Of a DNA stretch of 64,000 nt, positions 61,901 to 64,000 are shown piece by piece (positions within the stretch are counted from its first letter, which is position 1; each line of letters opens with the position of its first letter). The DNA is from Cenococcum geophilum (Eukaryota): NCBI GenBank assembly GCA_050273025.1, contig CP158636.1, forward strand, positions 3,162,001 through 3,226,000, read 5' to 3'. Position numbers and translations under genes: made by a program. The notes beneath the pieces were generated by a model that had not been told where the DNA came from, did not search any database, and saw nothing but the letters and a program-made list of their open reading frames with translations.

Positions 61901-64000
61901 GGTGAATTCGTCTTTCTCCTTTTTGCGCAAGGCCAGCAAGGCTCTTCCTATTCCTACGTTGAACTCTTGCGAGACCTGAGAGAGTTCGTCGGAGGGAGAT
62001 GCGAGAATTTTCTCTAACTTTTGCCACTTTCCTGTTACCCAAGCAGCTTCTGCAGCAAAAGGCAGTGCTTTAGGAGTGCAAGAGCTCGAAGAATTGTGAA
62101 ATCCCTCAACATAGTTAAGCAGAGAATCTTTTACACCCAAGTTAACACCTATCCATATGGCCAAGAATTATTACTCACCATACTGGCCCGACTCTTTCAA
62201 GCAAGTGAGGAGATCTATCTGAACTTCGGGATCATCAGGCTTTTCTGCTAAAGCCAACTCATACCAACTTTGAGCCGCAGTCCATCTTCCGGCTTTACGA
62301 TGTTCCAAAACCTGCTGATCTGGGTCCAGAACATGTAAGTGGGCGGATATACCTTCAATGCTGTCTGGTTCATCGATTTGAGCGTAGATGTATTGTAGGT
62401 GTTGGAAGAGAGTATCTTGCTGAAAGACTGCTTTGGAAACTTCAGCTTTCTCGCGTTCCTGACGAATATATTGCTCCCAGTGGAAAAGGGCGCGTGCGTA
62501 GGAGCCGCACTCCACTGCACGACGTGATATTACTTCGGCCGGGATACCCTGTAATATACGTTCGACACTGCTGATCTGGGCAATACCCTTGATCTCGTCA
62601 ATCTCGCATATTCCCCTACCAGTTCTGCTAGCCATTGATCGTGCTTCAGCAACTGCCTTTCGTTTCTCCTGCAACCATCTTGAAAGATAGTCGAGGACCT
62701 GAAACACGTTCTGCGGAATAATTAGAAGCGTGCGGAGACAAAGATCTCACACTGACTCACCTCGCTACACTGCTTGAGATTTTCTGCTCCTACATGATCT
62801 CCTTCTTGTATTTCAGATTCTAAGACGGTGAGTAGTTCCTGACCGACCTCTGCAGTTTCCTGGTCATCTCCGCTCACAATAACATTCAAAGCCGCAAAGC
62901 GTAAAATAAAGCTAGCTATGGACAGATCGTGTCCCCGGATGATCCTGGCAAGCGCACGAAAAATCTTTTGCGCATTGTCACCCTTTCCTCTTTGTAACAG
63001 ATCGAATACGAAAGTCCGCAGCCAGTTACCATGATTTGAATTTGCCGAGAAAAGTGGGTAGGTTTGCAGTTCAGGTATAGAAGGCATGCCGCTTTTAAAT
63101 ATGTATTTGGATTTTAAAAAAGGCGTCAAAGTGTTTCTGACTGACTCCGATATCTCACTCCAACGCTGGTATGTCGGGTCAGATTGAGAACTCCTTGGCA
63201 GGTGTATATCGATCCCACTGAATCCACAGAATTTAAGCAGTTCTTGCATTACATATGCCAGATACCCTTGAGCCTTAGCGCTTGTTGCGGAATGAAAGAC
63301 CTTGACCAATATGCGCTCCAAGAGGAACGCCGTGAAGTTAACCACTTCATTGCTCATTTCAAAATTGGATAAGACGAGCATATCGCGTTTCTCTCGAACA
63401 GCTTCAACTCTATGAGGATCGAGACAGCCAATAAGTCCCAAACACCGAGCACACAGTAGGGTGATGGCTGGGTGATCTTCTGTAAAACGGACACAGGCGT
63501 CTAGTATAGATCGAGTGAGTTGAGAGAGAACCCGAGTTGGCTTTTGACTGATTGCCGAGTCATGTAGAAAGCGTTGGTTTGTTTCTAGAAATGGAATAAG
63601 CTCCTTCAATGCTTGTGCCACAACCGCCGCATTTTCATCTGCGCATCGCCGACTGAAGGTGTCGAAATGATTCCCTAATTCGACTTTTAACCTAAAGCGT
63701 GAAATTTCACCATCATACTTCGACATTAGAGGAATCGATGCAAGAGATGGTAGGAAGTCGATTCTTTCCCGGAGCAAACTACTATGAGTCTTGATCAAAC
63801 TGCCAACGGTATCGTGGGCTTTCAACTGAGTCTCTTCGCTAAATGAACCCCAGTTCTGTGCTATAATAGCAAAGGTTTGGTCGACTAGGGATTCAATATC
63901 TACCTCGTTCACTACAGTTAGTAGAGCGGCCCATACCGAAAATGTTTGATCGCATAGCTGATCATCTTCCATGGCTGACTGTAGACAAGCTCGAATCTGA
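58962..64000 (-). CDS. MEC1: ATR/Mec1/Rad3 checkpoint kinase (UME, FAT, PI3K-like kinase, FATC); 5' end outside the window
   Basis: [56 protein letters not shown] and C-terminal MYIGWCAFF. Confidence 0.96.

Noticed and set aside
1..64000. tRNA, 5S or other rRNA genes
   Set aside because: None recognised by eye. tRNAscan-SE/Infernal would be needed to exclude them.

Overview
Fungal (filamentous ascomycete, Pezizomycotina-type) genomic DNA. Intron-containing housekeeping genes alternate with AT-rich, RIP-mutated transposon islands. The genes include an Ish1-like protein, an RBR E3 ligase, a Zrg17-like zinc transporter, a PIG-Y-domain protein, cyclin L, an SDR, HSM3, RPC31, ERG13 and the 3' part of MEC1/ATR. 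The islands could be resolved by hand from TIRs and TSDs: a Tad-like LINE 5' half (1-~2345); a Copia LTR fragment; a full hAT element (25646-29811); two head-to-head Tc1 elements; and a Fot1/pogo element (36688-42878) that carries a 5'-truncated LINE and splits a DUF3669-like gene. The most striking object is a ~1.0-kb apparently non-coding retroposon inserted in the hAT transposase (27397-28410, minus strand, exact 15-bp TSD). Its first nucleotide is the G1 of a complete HDV-like ribozyme fold, and its 3' tail resembles the 3' tail of the LINE in this window. It therefore looks like a ribozyme-headed SINE/SIDE-type non-autonomous element with a plausible LINE partner. Also notable is an intronless Fic AMPylase-type gene with a mitochondrial-like N-terminus, tail-to-tail with RPC31. 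All family assignments come from motif recognition by eye; no database search was run.
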